A stretch of DNA of 64,000 bases from an uncultured Aquificales bacterium (GCA_964648745.1 CAZYKX010000001.1:40429-104428), one strand, 5' to 3'; positions 11,111-24,401 are shown, counted from the stretch's first letter. A program made the numbers and translations. Notes: generated by a model not told the origin, from the sequence alone.

Positions 11111-12697
11111 ATGGAAAAAAAACAAGTCTTAATATATGACACAACATTAAGAGATGGTACACAAGCTGAAGGAGTAAGTGTTTCAGTAGAAGATAAATTA
11201 AGGATAGCTGAGAAACTGGCAGATTTTGGTGTTCATTATATAGAAGGTGGATGGCCTGGATCTAACCCAAAAGATATGGCTTTCTTTAATGAAGCAAAAA
11301 AACTCAATTTAAAAAATACAAAGTTAACAGCTTTTGGTTCTACGAGAAGAGCAAGTTTAAAAGTTGAAGATGATCCACAGATACAAGATTTACTTAAAGC
11401 AGAAACTTCTGTTATTACAATATTTGGAAAATCTTGGGATTTACACGTTAAGGAAGCTCTTAAAACAACATTAGAAAAAAATCTTGAGATGATTTACGAT
11501 TCTATATCTTATCTTAAAAAGCACGTAGATGAAGTTATATTTGATGCAGAACACTTTTTCGATGGATTTAAGGAAAATCCAGAATATGCATTAAAAGTAA
11601 TTAAAACAGCAGAAGAAGCTGGAGCTGATTTTATAGTACTTTGTGATACAAACGGTGGAAGCCTCCCTATTGATATAGAAAATGCGTTTAAAAAAGTAAG
11701 AGAGTTTAATATTAAAGCAAATTTAGGTATACATGCCCATAACGATTCAGATACTGCCGTATGGAATTCTATAGTAGCTGTTTTAAATGGAGCAACACAG
11801 ATACATGGAACAATAAACGGTATTGGGGAAAGATGTGGTAACGCTAATCTATGTTCAATAATACCAAATCTATCTTTAAAACTTGGTATAGAAACAGTGC
11901 CAAGAGAAAATATAAGAAGATTAAAAGAAATATCCAATTTTGTATCTGATATTGTAAATATGCCTGTTCCTAAAAATATGCCTTATGTTGGAGATAGTGC
12001 ATTTGCTCATAAAGGTGGAGTTCATGCTTCAGCTGTTCTTAAAAATCCAAGAAGCTATGAACATATACTACCAGAAGAAGTCGGAAACAAAAGAAAAGTT
12101 TTAGTTTCTGATTTGGCAGGAAAAAGTAATATCATATATAAAGCAAGGGAGATAGGTATAGAGATAGATGAAAAAGATGAAAAAATTTCAAAACTTGTCC
12201 AAGAGATAAAAGAGTTAGAAAATCAAGGGTACCATTTTGAAGCTGCTGAGGCATCTTTAGAACTTTTAATAAGAAAACATCTTGGAACACTACCAAAATA
12301 CTTTGATTTAGATGCGTATAGAGTTTTAATAGCAAAAAGATATACAGATTTAACACCAATTTCAGAAGCTACTGTAAGAATAAAGATAGATAACCACTAT
12401 GAACATACTGCATCATTAGGAAACGGTCCAGTAAATGCATTAGATAAAGCATTGAAAAAAGCTCTAATCTCAAAATATCCTATGCTTTCAGAAGTAGAAC
12501 TGATAGATTATAAAGTTAGAATTGTGAATGAAAGTGGTGGAACAGCTGCAAAAATAAGGGTTCTTATAGAAAGTAGAGATAAAACTAAAAAATGGGGTAC
12601 AGTTGGAGTATCTGATAACATTATAGAAGCATCATGGCAAGCTGTAGTTGATAGTATTGTATACAAATTAACAAAAGATGGAATAGAACCAGTTTAA
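11111..12697 (+). CDS. cimA: (R)-citramalate synthase (LeuA/CimA long form)
   Basis: [10 protein letters not shown], the [10 protein letters not shown] hallmark, and a C-terminal LeuA-dimer regulatory domain. 528 aa. Confidence 0.8.
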   Translation: MEKKQVLIYDTTLRDGTQAEGVSVSVEDKLRIAEKLADFGVHYIEGGWPGSNPKDMAFFNEAKKLNLKNTKLTAFGSTRRASLKVEDDPQIQDLLKAETSVITIFGKSWDLHVKEALKTTLEKNLEMIYDSISYLKKHVDEVIFDAEHFFDGFKENPEYALKVIKTAEEAGADFIVLCDTNGGSLPIDIENAFKKVREFNIKANLGIHAHNDSDTAVWNSIVAVLNGATQIHGTINGIGERCGNANLCSIIPNLSLKLGIETVPRENIRRLKEISNFVSDIVNMPVPKNMPYVGDSAFAHKGGVHASAVLKNPRSYEHILPEEVGNKRKVLVSDLAGKSNIIYKAREIGIEIDEKDEKISKLVQEIKELENQGYHFEAAEASLELLIRKHLGTLPKYFDLDAYRVLIAKRYTDLTPISEATVRIKIDNHYEHTASLGNGPVNALDKALKKALISKYPMLSEVELIDYKVRIVNESGGTAAKIRVLIESRDKTKKWGTVGVSDNIIEASWQAVVDSIVYKLTKDGIEPV

Positions 12698-12706
12698 GGA
12701 GGTTTA

Positions 12707-13279
12707 ATGACAAATAACCATGTTTACATAAGTGTAATACATTACCCAGCAAAAAATAAAGAAGGTAGATGGGTATGTACATCGTTTACAACACTTGATT
12801 TTCATGATATAGCAAGACCTGCTAGGACCTATGAACTACAAGCTTATTATATAGTCCAACCTTTAGAAGCTCAACAATTTATTATAAAAGAACAGTTAAA
12901 ATATTGGACAGAAGGTTTTGGTTCAACATTCAATCCTAAAAGATCCATGGCTGGTAATATAGTTAGAGTTGTTTCTTCTATAACAGAGATGTTAGAAGAT
13001 ATAAAGAAAGAAAAAGGTAAATATCCTAAACTTATATCAACATCTGCAAAAAGATATTCACAAACAGTAAGTTATAAAGATATGAGGAATATCTTGGTAA
13101 ATAAAGATGATGTTTTTCTTATTCTACTTGGCACAGGATGGGGTATGCCTGAAGAGTTAGTTACAAGCTGTGATTATATCTTAGAACCTATTTTGGGACC
13201 TGGAACATACAACCATCTTTCAGTAAGAAATGCAGCTGCCATTATCTTAGATAGATTATTTTCGATAAATAGAGATTAG
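12707..13279 (+). CDS. predicted SAM-dependent RNA methyltransferase (SPOUT-like, Methyltrn_RNA_4/DUF2168 type)
   Basis: N-terminal YISVIHYPAKNKEGRWVCTSFTTLDFHDIARPARTY pattern recalled from this family. Recognition is from memory only. Confidence 0.45.
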   Translation: MTNNHVYISVIHYPAKNKEGRWVCTSFTTLDFHDIARPARTYELQAYYIVQPLEAQQFIIKEQLKYWTEGFGSTFNPKRSMAGNIVRVVSSITEMLEDIKKEKGKYPKLISTSAKRYSQTVSYKDMRNILVNKDDVFLILLGTGWGMPEELVTSCDYILEPILGPGTYNHLSVRNAAAIILDRLFSINRD

Positions 13280-13288
13280 GGAGATAAA

Positions 13289-14356
13289 ATGTTTTATCAT
13301 ATATTTTACAACTATTTAGATATAAACCTTTTTAAATACATAACATTTAGAGGTTTTTATGCTTTACTTACAGCATTTTTAATTTCGATTATAATAGGTC
13401 CTTATATTATAAATAAACTAAAAATTTTTCAAAATAAAGAAGGAGGGTACGTTAGAGAGTATACACCAGATTGGCATCAGATGAAAAAACATACGCCTAC
13501 AATGGGTGGCGTTTTAATTATTGTTGTCGTATTTCTTACTTCTTTGTTATGGTGTAGATTAGATAATCTATATATTTGGCTTTTACTTTTTACCTTTTTA
13601 TCTTTTGGAGCTATTGGATTTATAGATGACTACAAAAAAATAAAAGATAAAAAAGGATTGTCTTCTAAATCAAAATTTATACTACAGCTTTTATCTTCTT
13701 CTATAGTTGCAGTAATTTTATACATGTATCCAAAGTTTAATACTATTGTTTATATGCCATTTTTTAAAAATATACACTTTGACTTAGGAATTTTATATAT
13801 ACCGTTTATGATCTTTATAATTGTAGGAGCATCAAATGCTGTAAATTTAACAGATGGCTTAGACGGTTTAGCTATAGGGCCAGCTTTAATATCAATAACT
13901 ACATTTGCTGTTTTTGCTTATATTGCTGGTAATTTTGTTTTAGCAAAATATTTGATAGTTCCTTATGTTGAAGGAAGTGGTGAGATCACTGTATTTTTAA
14001 TGGCTCTTCTTGGTGCAGGATTAGGCTTTCTATGGTTTAACTCATTTCCTGCTGAAATGTTTATGGGAGATGGTGGTTCTTTATCTATAGGTGCTATTTT
14101 AGGTTTAACATCTATTTTAACAAAACAAGAGTTTGTTCTTGCAATTGTTGGTGGTGTATTTGTTATTGAAACACTATCTGTTATAGCACAAGTTGGTTAC
14201 TATAAGTTCACTGGAGGAAAAAGACTATTTAGGATGGCTCCTATTCATCATCATTTTGAGCTTAAAGGACTTCCAGAGCCAAAGATAGTTGTAAGAGTTT
14301 GGATTATATCTATAATTTTATCTATCATAGCACTATCTACGCTAAAGATAAGGTAA
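13289..14356 (+). CDS. mraY: phospho-N-acetylmuramoyl-pentapeptide transferase
   Basis: Polytopic membrane protein with NAVNLTDGLDGLA and PIHHHFE motifs. Confidence 0.96.
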   Translation: MFYHIFYNYLDINLFKYITFRGFYALLTAFLISIIIGPYIINKLKIFQNKEGGYVREYTPDWHQMKKHTPTMGGVLIIVVVFLTSLLWCRLDNLYIWLLLFTFLSFGAIGFIDDYKKIKDKKGLSSKSKFILQLLSSSIVAVILYMYPKFNTIVYMPFFKNIHFDLGILYIPFMIFIIVGASNAVNLTDGLDGLAIGPALISITTFAVFAYIAGNFVLAKYLIVPYVEGSGEITVFLMALLGAGLGFLWFNSFPAEMFMGDGGSLSIGAILGLTSILTKQEFVLAIVGGVFVIETLSVIAQVGYYKFTGGKRLFRMAPIHHHFELKGLPEPKIVVRVWIISIILSIIALSTLKIR

Positions 14357-16675
14357 TTACTTTTTAAAAAGTTTAGTTGCGTTTTTATAAAACTCTTCTA
14401 ACTTTAATTTTACTTCTTTATGGAAATTTAAAGGGTCGATATCTGATAGTATATATAATGCTTCATCTACATTTTCAACTAAATATATATTAAATAAACC
14501 ATCTTTAATCGCATTTAAAACTTCATCATCTAATATTACATTATCTTTGTTTCTTAATGGAACTACAACACCTTGTTTACCATCTAAACCTATTATTTTA
14601 CAAACCTTAAAAAATCCTTCAACCTTTTCTTTTATTCCTCCTACAGGTTGAACATTTCCATGTTGATCTACTGAACCAGTGACAGCTATGTATTGTTTTA
14701 AAGGTATCTCACTTATTTCAGACAGAACTGCTAAAAGTTCTGCCAATGATGCACTGTCACCTTCAACTTCACCATAAGATTGTTCAAATGTTATACTACA
14801 TGTTAAAGACAAAGGAATGTCCTTACCATACTTTCTTCCTAAATATCCAGATAGTATAAGAACACCTTTATCATGAAATGGACCACTTAATTCTACTTCT
14901 CTTTCTATATTAATTATCCCTTTTTCACCTATATAAGCTGACGCTGAAATTCTGCTTGGTTTTCCAAACTGATAATTTCCTACAGAATAGACTGATAAAC
15001 CATTTGTCTGACCTATAACTTTTTTATCTATATCTACAATGATCTTACCTTCTTTGATCAGTTCAATAATTTTTTCTTCCAAAAGATTTTCTCTGTAAAT
15101 CTTCTCACGAATTGTATTTTTTATATCTTTATCTGTTATGATTTCATCAGCTTTAATATCTGATTCTCTTAAAATATCTGTTATATGACTAAAATTTAAA
15201 CTTATCTTTTTTCTATCTTCTGATAGTACTATCAGATATTTAAAAAGTTCAGTGAGTCCTTCTGGAGAAACATCTTTAATATTTTCATATAAAATAATAT
15301 TTTTTACCAATAAAGGAAAATCTTTTATTACCTGTTCGTCAATATTACACCTATCATTAAACTCAGCTTTAACTTTAAATAATTTTTGAAAATCCTCATC
15401 AAAAGATGATAAAAGATTATAAGTAAACTCATCCCCAATTAAAATGAGTTTCACTTCACCAGGAACAGGCTGTGGATTAATTCCTACATAAGAATAAAAT
15501 CCATAAACATCAAAACCATTGATAAAAATTTCCTTATTTTTAAGTGATTTCTTTATTGATTCCCATAAGAGATAGTCTTTTAAAACATCTTTTACATATA
15601 AAACTAAGAATCCTCCTCTTGCTCGATGGAAAGATCCTGCCGTTATATTTCTATGATCAGCATATAAAATACCCATCTCAACTTCAAAATTTACACTACC
15701 AAAAAAATTTTTAAAACTAGGATTCTTCTCAAAAACAACTGGAGCATGTTCTAATTTTGAGTTATCTACAAAGAGATTTATCTTAAATAAATTTATCTGT
15801 TTTTCTAATGTTATATAAAATAAAGAGTTTCTATCTGCAAAATTTATCTCTATAAACTTATCAATATTTTTTAAAACGTTTTCTTTATGATAATTTAAAA
15901 AATCAATAATTTCTGGATATTCTTTAAAAGAATTTTCCAGTTTAAAATAAATACTATCCAATTTATGCTTAGAAATTTTCTCTTTAAGTTCATATAAAGA
16001 CTCATCAAGTTTATAGTCTATCTCTCTCATTTCTTGAAGATAAGATAAAAATTTATCTTCAAATTTATCTAAACTTTCTTTATACTCCTGATATTGTTTT
16101 TCTGTCAAACTATCTAAATTAGTTACATAACTACCATTTATGATAGGAACCAGGCTTATGTCATATGATGTTATCAATACTCCTAAATTATACTTTAATG
16201 CATCCTTTTTTAAACTTTTTAATATTTGCTCTTTTTTTTCTTCTGCATTTTTTATTATCTTAACTTTTTCTTCTTCATAATCTTTTCCTTCAAAAACTTT
16301 ATAGATCTCTTTTTTTAATTTCTCTAATGTCTCGTTTATCATTACTTCTAATTTTTTACCTAAACCTGCTTTTACAAGTAAGACTTTCGGTTTATAGATA
16401 TCTTCGAAATTATGATAATAAATAATATCTTCAGGTACCGGTAAATTTTTTGAAAACTCTTCAAGTTTTTGTTTTGTAAATAATGTCCTCCCTAAACCTT
16501 CTTCTCCAGAAACATAAATGTTATAACTTTCATGTTTTATAGATAATCCCACTTCAAAAGCTTTTATTACTCTATCTTGAGAGAAAAACACAGATTTAGG
16601 TTCATAGTCTTTTGTAGATTTATCAAATTTAATATCAATATTAAGCTGTTTATAATCTAACTTTTTTATTTCCAT
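14357..16675 (-). CDS. Lon-related S16 protease with degenerate ATPase module (LonC-like)
   Basis: C-terminal S16 domain with EGDSASLAEL (Ser) and VGGIKEKVEG (Lys). The only Walker-A-like site is GEEGLGRT (Lys replaced by Arg). The ATG directly follows the kinase stop (TAGATG). Confidence 0.8.
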   Translation of the reverse strand: MEIKKLDYKQLNIDIKFDKSTKDYEPKSVFFSQDRVIKAFEVGLSIKHESYNIYVSGEEGLGRTLFTKQKLEEFSKNLPVPEDIIYYHNFEDIYKPKVLLVKAGLGKKLEVMINETLEKLKKEIYKVFEGKDYEEEKVKIIKNAEEKKEQILKSLKKDALKYNLGVLITSYDISLVPIINGSYVTNLDSLTEKQYQEYKESLDKFEDKFLSYLQEMREIDYKLDESLYELKEKISKHKLDSIYFKLENSFKEYPEIIDFLNYHKENVLKNIDKFIEINFADRNSLFYITLEKQINLFKINLFVDNSKLEHAPVVFEKNPSFKNFFGSVNFEVEMGILYADHRNITAGSFHRARGGFLVLYVKDVLKDYLLWESIKKSLKNKEIFINGFDVYGFYSYVGINPQPVPGEVKLILIGDEFTYNLLSSFDEDFQKLFKVKAEFNDRCNIDEQVIKDFPLLVKNIILYENIKDVSPEGLTELFKYLIVLSEDRKKISLNFSHITDILRESDIKADEIITDKDIKNTIREKIYRENLLEEKIIELIKEGKIIVDIDKKVIGQTNGLSVYSVGNYQFGKPSRISASAYIGEKGIINIEREVELSGPFHDKGVLILSGYLGRKYGKDIPLSLTCSITFEQSYGEVEGDSASLAELLAVLSEISEIPLKQYIAVTGSVDQHGNVQPVGGIKEKVEGFFKVCKIIGLDGKQGVVVPLRNKDNVILDDEVLNAIKDGLFNIYLVENVDEALYILSDIDPLNFHKEVKLKLEEFYKNATKLFKK

Positions 16676-18643
16676 CTATGATATCTTTAACTCTATAATA
16701 AATTCTGCTCCATTATCTGAAGGTATGGCTTTAATTGTTCCATTATGTTTCTCTATTATCTCTTTTGTTATACTAAGTCCAAGTCCACTTCCTTTTGGTT
16801 TTTTAGAAAAGTAAGGTAAAAATATTTTATCTATATCTTTCATCTCAATACCTTTCCCATTATCTTTAAATACTAACACTATTCTATCATTACTTTTATC
16901 CAAATTTATATTTAACTGTGTTGCTTCTTCAAAACTATTTTGAACTATATTTGCAAAAGCTTGTTTTAATAACTTTTTATCCCCTTTAATTATAAAATTA
17001 TCATTACAATTTAATATCACTTTAAAATTTGTTGAGTTATAACTATCAGATATCTCTTTTAAAAGTTGGCAGATGTTAATATCTTCGTAATTTAGATGAG
17101 AAAGAGTATTACCAAACTGATTAAATTCTCTTACCAAATTTGTTAAATGGTCTGTTTCTGATATTATTATATTAATAGAACTCTCTAATATTTCTGAGAA
17201 GTTTGGATTTTCTTTTTTATAACTTCTTATTATTCTTTCTGCTGCAAGCTTTATTGGTGTAAGGGGATTTTTTATTTCATGGGCAATTCTTTGAGCTACT
17301 TCTTTCCACATCTGAAGCTTTTGAGCATGAATGATATTAGTAATGTCATCAAATATAATAACGTAACCTTTACCTTTAATATTTTTTATTTTAAAAAGTA
17401 ACGTTTTGTTGTTGTAGCTAATAATTTGTTCTTTATTTTCACTTAGATTGATGCCAAGGAAATTAGCTAAACTTTCTATATCCTTTCTCAAAAATTCCGT
17501 TACTTTTTCAGAAAGTATATCTATAGCTGATTTATTCATGTTCTCTATAATTCCATCTTCATTTGAGTATATTACACCTGCATTGATATTGTTTAAAATA
17601 GCTTCCAAATACTCTTTATTTCTTTTTAATATTAAATTTCTATCTTCTAACTTTTTATATAGAAGGTTTAGCCTATCAACCATTCTATTAAATTCAGATA
17701 TCAAAATACCAAACTCATCATTAGATTTTATATTTATTCTTACAGAAAGATCTCCCTCTGATAGTCTTTTTGCTACTTCAACAAGAGCTTCAACTGGATT
17801 TGTTATATTTCTTACTATATATCTACTAAACCAGATTGTTGAAAAGATTATAAATATTGTTATTGTAAGTAAGATAAGTATATAACCAATTCTAATTGGT
17901 GATTTGTAATATTTTAACTCATTGTATACCTTTAAAATTAGTGAAGTGTCTTGTTTTGATAAATATAAGTATTTAGGAAATTCATAAACAAGTATAACTT
18001 TTTTTCCATCTTTAAGTTGTTTATTTAATACTATTTTGTTTTCATAAAAACTAAATCCTTCTTTATAGAGAGTATTAAAAACTTCTTTATCGTATGGACT
18101 ACCATAAAACTCTATTAATCTACCATCTTGATCGTATATTGAAGCTGTTTTTAATCCTAAAATCTCTACAGCTTCTTTAGGAGAAATATTTCCATTATCT
18201 AAAAGATTAAAAACTTTTAAAAGCCAATCTTTGTTTGATTCTATATTTTGAACTACAATATTGTCAAGTTTTCCTAAAGCTTCTCCCACTTTTCCAGAGA
18301 ACCAAAGATTAGTAGCACTTGATATAATAGACATAGAAGCTATGAAAAGTATTAAGGAAGGGATGACAACGATAGATATAAAAATCAATGTAAGTTTTAT
18401 TTTTAATTTTCCTTCCCTAAACTCTTCAAATAGTATCTTTATAAGATATCTAAGTGTGTAAGCAAAAATAATTATAAAAAATACAACATCAACATTTAAG
18501 ATAAATAAAAAAAGATATGGATTAATGACATCACTAACTTTTATTAGTTTACTATATATGTAGTAATTTCCGACTATAAATAAGAATAAAGATAAAAAAA
18601 ATATTATAAAGTTATAACTAACTGATTTAAATGAAAGTTTCAT
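16676..18643 (-). CDS. NtrY-like sensor histidine kinase (TM-HAMP-PAS-HisKA-HATPase)
   Basis: N-terminal TM helices, HAMP (DEFGILISEFNRMVDRL), PAS, H-box HEIKNPLTPI, G-box GSGLGLS. No response regulator is adjacent. Confidence 0.9.
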   Translation of the reverse strand: MKLSFKSVSYNFIIFFLSLFLFIVGNYYIYSKLIKVSDVINPYLFLFILNVDVVFFIIIFAYTLRYLIKILFEEFREGKLKIKLTLIFISIVVIPSLILFIASMSIISSATNLWFSGKVGEALGKLDNIVVQNIESNKDWLLKVFNLLDNGNISPKEAVEILGLKTASIYDQDGRLIEFYGSPYDKEVFNTLYKEGFSFYENKIVLNKQLKDGKKVILVYEFPKYLYLSKQDTSLILKVYNELKYYKSPIRIGYILILLTITIFIIFSTIWFSRYIVRNITNPVEALVEVAKRLSEGDLSVRINIKSNDEFGILISEFNRMVDRLNLLYKKLEDRNLILKRNKEYLEAILNNINAGVIYSNEDGIIENMNKSAIDILSEKVTEFLRKDIESLANFLGINLSENKEQIISYNNKTLLFKIKNIKGKGYVIIFDDITNIIHAQKLQMWKEVAQRIAHEIKNPLTPIKLAAERIIRSYKKENPNFSEILESSINIIISETDHLTNLVREFNQFGNTLSHLNYEDINICQLLKEISDSYNSTNFKVILNCNDNFIIKGDKKLLKQAFANIVQNSFEEATQLNINLDKSNDRIVLVFKDNGKGIEMKDIDKIFLPYFSKKPKGSGLGLSITKEIIEKHNGTIKAIPSDNGAEFIIELKIS

Positions 18644-18649
18644 TTGATA

Positions 18650-19423
18650 TTATTTTAACAAATCTCTTTGTTTTTCTCCTATATAGTCTATATCTTTTTC
18701 TTCGTCAAGTCTTCTGAAAATTATGCCTTCAGTTAACTCTTCATAAGCATGTGCTACAAGTCCTGGGATTCTACCTATTATAAAAAATCCTTTTCCTAAT
18801 CGCCAATCAAATCCCATATCTGATGTTATAGCAGCAATAGCACCATCAACATTTAAAACTAGCTTTTTACCCTTTATTTTAAAGATAGAATCTTCCAAAG
18901 CTTTAGCCAACTCACAATGTTTTCCATAAAAACCTAACTCTTTTGCTAATGTTAAAAGTTTTTTTGATCTTGGATCATAATCTTTATAGTACTTATGTCC
19001 AAAACCAGAGACTTTCCATTTTTCTTCTACTATCTTTTTTGCCAATCTTTCTGCTAAACCATCTATATCTTCTTCATATTTAGTATACTCTTGTAAAAAT
19101 TTCATAGCATCTTCTAAAGCTCCACCATGATAATCTCCAAAAGCAAGAACACCTGCTGCAATACCAACATGTAAAGGATTTCCTCCAGATATTACATTTC
19201 TTAAAGCAACTGTTGAAGGTGGTGCAACACCATGATCTATAATAGAAGTAAATATAGCATCAAACATTTTTTTCTCTGATTCTGAAGGTAAATTCCCTTT
19301 TAAAATTAAATATATACTTTCTGAAAAGGATAATGTTCCTATCATCTGCGTTAAAGGATAGCCCCTTATATAAGTCTCTTCTTTTGTATTTAATGTTATT
19401 CTTGTTTTCCACTTTCTATCCAT
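18650..19423 (-). CDS. ccl: citryl-CoA lyase-like protein (short citrate-synthase family)
   Basis: The 257-aa protein corresponds only to the C-terminal catalytic part of citrate synthase / ACL (HGGALEDAMKFL, GFGHKYYKDYDPRS, GRIPGLVAHAYEE). Confidence 0.7.
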   Translation of the reverse strand: MDRKWKTRITLNTKEETYIRGYPLTQMIGTLSFSESIYLILKGNLPSESEKKMFDAIFTSIIDHGVAPPSTVALRNVISGGNPLHVGIAAGVLAFGDYHGGALEDAMKFLQEYTKYEEDIDGLAERLAKKIVEEKWKVSGFGHKYYKDYDPRSKKLLTLAKELGFYGKHCELAKALEDSIFKIKGKKLVLNVDGAIAAITSDMGFDWRLGKGFFIIGRIPGLVAHAYEELTEGIIFRRLDEEKDIDYIGEKQRDLLK

Positions 19424-20054
19424 TTTATTTCTCCTAAACTATCTGCAATAAAGTCAGGATTCAATGACTTGGCAAGTTCTTTATTTCCATAACCATGTAA
19501 AACAAGACAAGTATAAATCAGAGCATTTTTCCCTGTTAAAATATCTGTTTCACTATCACCTATTATAATAGAAGATCTTTTATCTATATTTAATTTTTCA
19601 AGTACATGGTATATTGGGATAGGACTTGGTTTTTTCTCTTTTGTTGTATCTGCACCTACTACTATATCTATTAAGTCTAAAACTCCTAAAGAGCTTAATA
19701 TTTTTCTTGATATATCTTCATATTTATTTGTAACTACTGCTATATTCTTTGATCTATCTTTTAAAAATTTTAATACTTCTTCTGTTCCAGGGTAGAGTTT
19801 TGAATAAATGACAGGATTTTGGAAATAAAACTCCCTGAAATATTCCAAAGCTTTATCTTTTATCTCTTGACTTTCATTAGGTATCAAATCTTCTATGAGT
19901 TTTTTTGCACCATAACCTACCTTCGATATTACTAGATCTTCACTAAATTTTTTAAAGTCAAGTTTTTCCATAGCATAGTTAACAGCTAAAGCTATATCTT
20001 TTCCAGAGTCTAAAATAGTTCCATCTAAATCAAATATGTATAAATCAAATCTTC

Positions 20055-20058
<4 letters not shown>
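19396..20058 (-). CDS. gph: HAD-family phosphatase (phosphoglycolate phosphatase-like)
   Basis: FDLDGTILDS (DxDGT), TNK and GDSETD motifs. Confidence 0.8.
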
Positions 20059-21726
<1,668 letters not shown>

Positions 21727-23175
21727 TTATAGTTTATGGTATGCAGCTATAGCTGCAGCAATAACTGCAGCTAAATCCTCTGTATTTCTTGTCTCTTTCT
21801 TTAGATCAAACTTAGGTAGCTTCTCTTCTATATATCTAGTTGTAAATTTACCTATTTTAAAATCTTCATCTCTAACGATAGATCTTAAAAGTGGCAGATT
21901 TGTTGGAACTCCTCTTATTATAAACTCATCTAAGGCTCTTCTTGCCCTATTTACAACATCTTTCCAAGTAAGACCCCAAACAGAAAGTTTTGCAATCATA
22001 GAATCATAGTAAGGTGGTATAATGTAATCTTTGTATACAGCTGCATCTACTCTTACACCTGGGCCACCTGGAGAATGATAAGAAGTTATCAATCCTGTTG
22101 ATGGTGCAAAATTTTTGGATGGATCTTCCGCATTTATTCTAAATTCTATTGCATATCCTCTCATAGATATTTCTTCTTGTAAAAATGGAAGTCTTTGACC
22201 TTCTGCTATCTCTATCATCTTTTGAACTATATCTATACCTGTTACCATCTCTGTAACGGTGTGTTCTACTTGTAAACGTGTATTCATCTCAATAAAATAG
22301 AAATTATCATTTTCATCTACCAAGTATTCTATTGTACCTACATTTTCATAACCTACTTTAAACATTGCTTTAACAGATGTTCTATACAACTCTTTTTTAA
22401 CTTCCTCATTCAAAGAAGGAGATCTTGCTATCTCAACAATTTTTTGATGTCTTCTCTGTATAGAACAATCTCTTTCTCCTAAATGAACTACATTACCATA
22501 TTTATCTGCCATAATTTGTATTTCTATGTGCCTTGGATTTTCTATATATTTCTCTATAAAAACATCACCTTTACCAAAAAACTTTTTAGCTTCATTAAAT
22601 GCTGATTTAAATAGATCTTCAAATTCAGATGGTGATCTAACTATTCGCATACCTCTTCCGCCACCACCATAGGCAGCTTTCAAAATAACTGGATAACCTA
22701 TCTCATCTGCAATATCTTTAGCAACTTTTATATCAGAAATTGGTTCATCACTACCAGGAAGAACTGGAACTCCAAGTTCTTTAATTTTCCTTTTTGCTGC
22801 TATCTTATCTCCAAAAAGAGCGATATGTTCTGCTTTTGGACCTATAAAGACAATCCCTTGTTTTATACAGTATTCTGCAAACTCTGGATTTTCTGATAAA
22901 AATCCGTAACCTGGATGTATAGCATCACATTTTGTTTGTTTAGCTAAATCTACGATTCTAAAGTAATTTAAATAAGCTTGTATTGGATCTCCTGGTATTA
23001 AATAAGATTCATCAGCTTTTTTTACGTATATACTTTTTGCATCAGCTTCAGAGTAAATTGCAACAGTTTTTATATCGAGTTCTTTACATGCTCTTATAAT
23101 CCTTGTAGCAATCTCTCCTCTATTTGCAATTAAAACCTTCCTAATCTTTTTTATTGAAGGTTTTTCTTTTTTCAT
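21727..23175 (-). CDS. biotin carboxylase subunit, long form (pyruvate / 2-oxoglutarate carboxylase subunit A type, or AccC)
   Basis: ATP-grasp biotin carboxylase ([28 protein letters not shown]). At 482 aa it has a C-terminal extension beyond typical AccC. Confidence 0.85.
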   Translation of the reverse strand: MKKEKPSIKKIRKVLIANRGEIATRIIRACKELDIKTVAIYSEADAKSIYVKKADESYLIPGDPIQAYLNYFRIVDLAKQTKCDAIHPGYGFLSENPEFAEYCIKQGIVFIGPKAEHIALFGDKIAAKRKIKELGVPVLPGSDEPISDIKVAKDIADEIGYPVILKAAYGGGGRGMRIVRSPSEFEDLFKSAFNEAKKFFGKGDVFIEKYIENPRHIEIQIMADKYGNVVHLGERDCSIQRRHQKIVEIARSPSLNEEVKKELYRTSVKAMFKVGYENVGTIEYLVDENDNFYFIEMNTRLQVEHTVTEMVTGIDIVQKMIEIAEGQRLPFLQEEISMRGYAIEFRINAEDPSKNFAPSTGLITSYHSPGGPGVRVDAAVYKDYIIPPYYDSMIAKLSVWGLTWKDVVNRARRALDEFIIRGVPTNLPLLRSIVRDEDFKIGKFTTRYIEEKLPKFDLKKETRNTEDLAAVIAAAIAAYHKL

Positions 23176-24401
23176 AATAAATCACCTTCCATATTCTCAA
23201 TAAAAGCTTCATGTAAAGATCTTACCGCAAGCTCAGCATATTTTTCATCTATCAACACAGAAATTTTTATTTCAGATGTTGATATAGCATATATATTTAT
23301 TCCTTCTTTTGATAAAATTTCAAACATCTTACCTGCTGTTCCAGAATGTGTTTTCATTCCAAGCCCAACAACGGAAACTTTTGCAATTTTATCGTTTCTT
23401 TCTACATCTTCAGCACCAATATCTTTTGCTACTTCTCTTGCTATCTCTTCTGCTATATCTGCATCTGTTTTATTAACAGTAAAAGATATATCTGTATAAC
23501 CTTTATGAGAAACGTTTTGAACAATCATATCTACTACGATATTTCTGTCTCCTAAAGCTTTAAATAACTTTGCAGCAACACCAGGTTTGTCTGGAACTCT
23601 AACAACTGTTATCCTTGATTCTTTTAATTCATGGGAAATACCCCTAACTACCATTTTTTCCATCTCTTCATTTTCCTCCATTATCCAAGTTCCTTCTTCA
23701 TCATTAAAAGAAGATCTAACATGAATTTTTACACCATATTTAGCTCCAAACTCAACAGATCTTATCTGCATAACTTTAGAGCCAAGGGAAGCCATCTCCA
23801 TCATCTCTTCATATGATATAACTGGTATTTTTTTTGCACTTTCTACAATTCTTGGATCTGCTGTAAATACACCAGTTACATCTGTATATATCTCACAAAC
23901 ATCTGCATTTAATGCAGCTGCTAAAGCAACAGCTGAAGTATCAGAACCACCTCTACCAAGTGTAGTAATATCTTCACCTTCTGTTACACCTTGAAATCCT
24001 GCAACAATAACAACCTTACCTTCATCGAGGTGTTTCTTTATTCTATGTGTATTTATCTCTTTTATTCTTGCTTTTGTAAATACATTATCTGTGATTATAG
24101 GAACTTGCCACCCTGTCAAACTAACAGCATCAATACCAAGTTCTTTCAATGCTATAGCTACAAGTCCAATAGCTACCTGCTCACCAGTAGAAACAACCAT
24201 ATCTTGCTCTCTTGGATCAGGTCTGCTTGATAACTCCCTTGTAAGTCCTAACAATCTATCAGTTTCTCCAGTCATAGCAGAAGATACAACTACAACCTGA
24301 TTTCCTGCATCAACAGCTTTTTTTATTTTCTTTGCAACATTTTTTATTCTTTCTATTGTTCCAACAGATGTACCACCATACTTTTGAACTATTAAAGGCA
24401 A
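23172..24401 (-). CDS. lysC: aspartate kinase
   Basis: VQKYGGTSV and two C-terminal ACT domains. TTG start preceded by GGAGGT. Confidence 0.95.
   Translation of the reverse strand: MPLIVQKYGGTSVGTIERIKNVAKKIKKAVDAGNQVVVVSSAMTGETDRLLGLTRELSSRPDPREQDMVVSTGEQVAIGLVAIALKELGIDAVSLTGWQVPIITDNVFTKARIKEINTHRIKKHLDEGKVVIVAGFQGVTEGEDITTLGRGGSDTSAVALAAALNADVCEIYTDVTGVFTADPRIVESAKKIPVISYEEMMEMASLGSKVMQIRSVEFGAKYGVKIHVRSSFNDEEGTWIMEENEEMEKMVVRGISHELKESRITVVRVPDKPGVAAKLFKALGDRNIVVDMIVQNVSHKGYTDISFTVNKTDADIAEEIAREVAKDIGAEDVERNDKIAKVSVVGLGMKTHSGTAGKMFEILSKEGINIYAISTSEIKISVLIDEKYAELAVRSLHEAFIENMEGDLL

Noticed and set aside
14357-16675. Lon-like protease as BREX BrxL
   Set aside because: No other brx or pgl genes are nearby. 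The neighbours are a kinase and mraY. The S16 domain pattern (GDSAS) fits the Lon-related (LonB/LonC-like) family instead.
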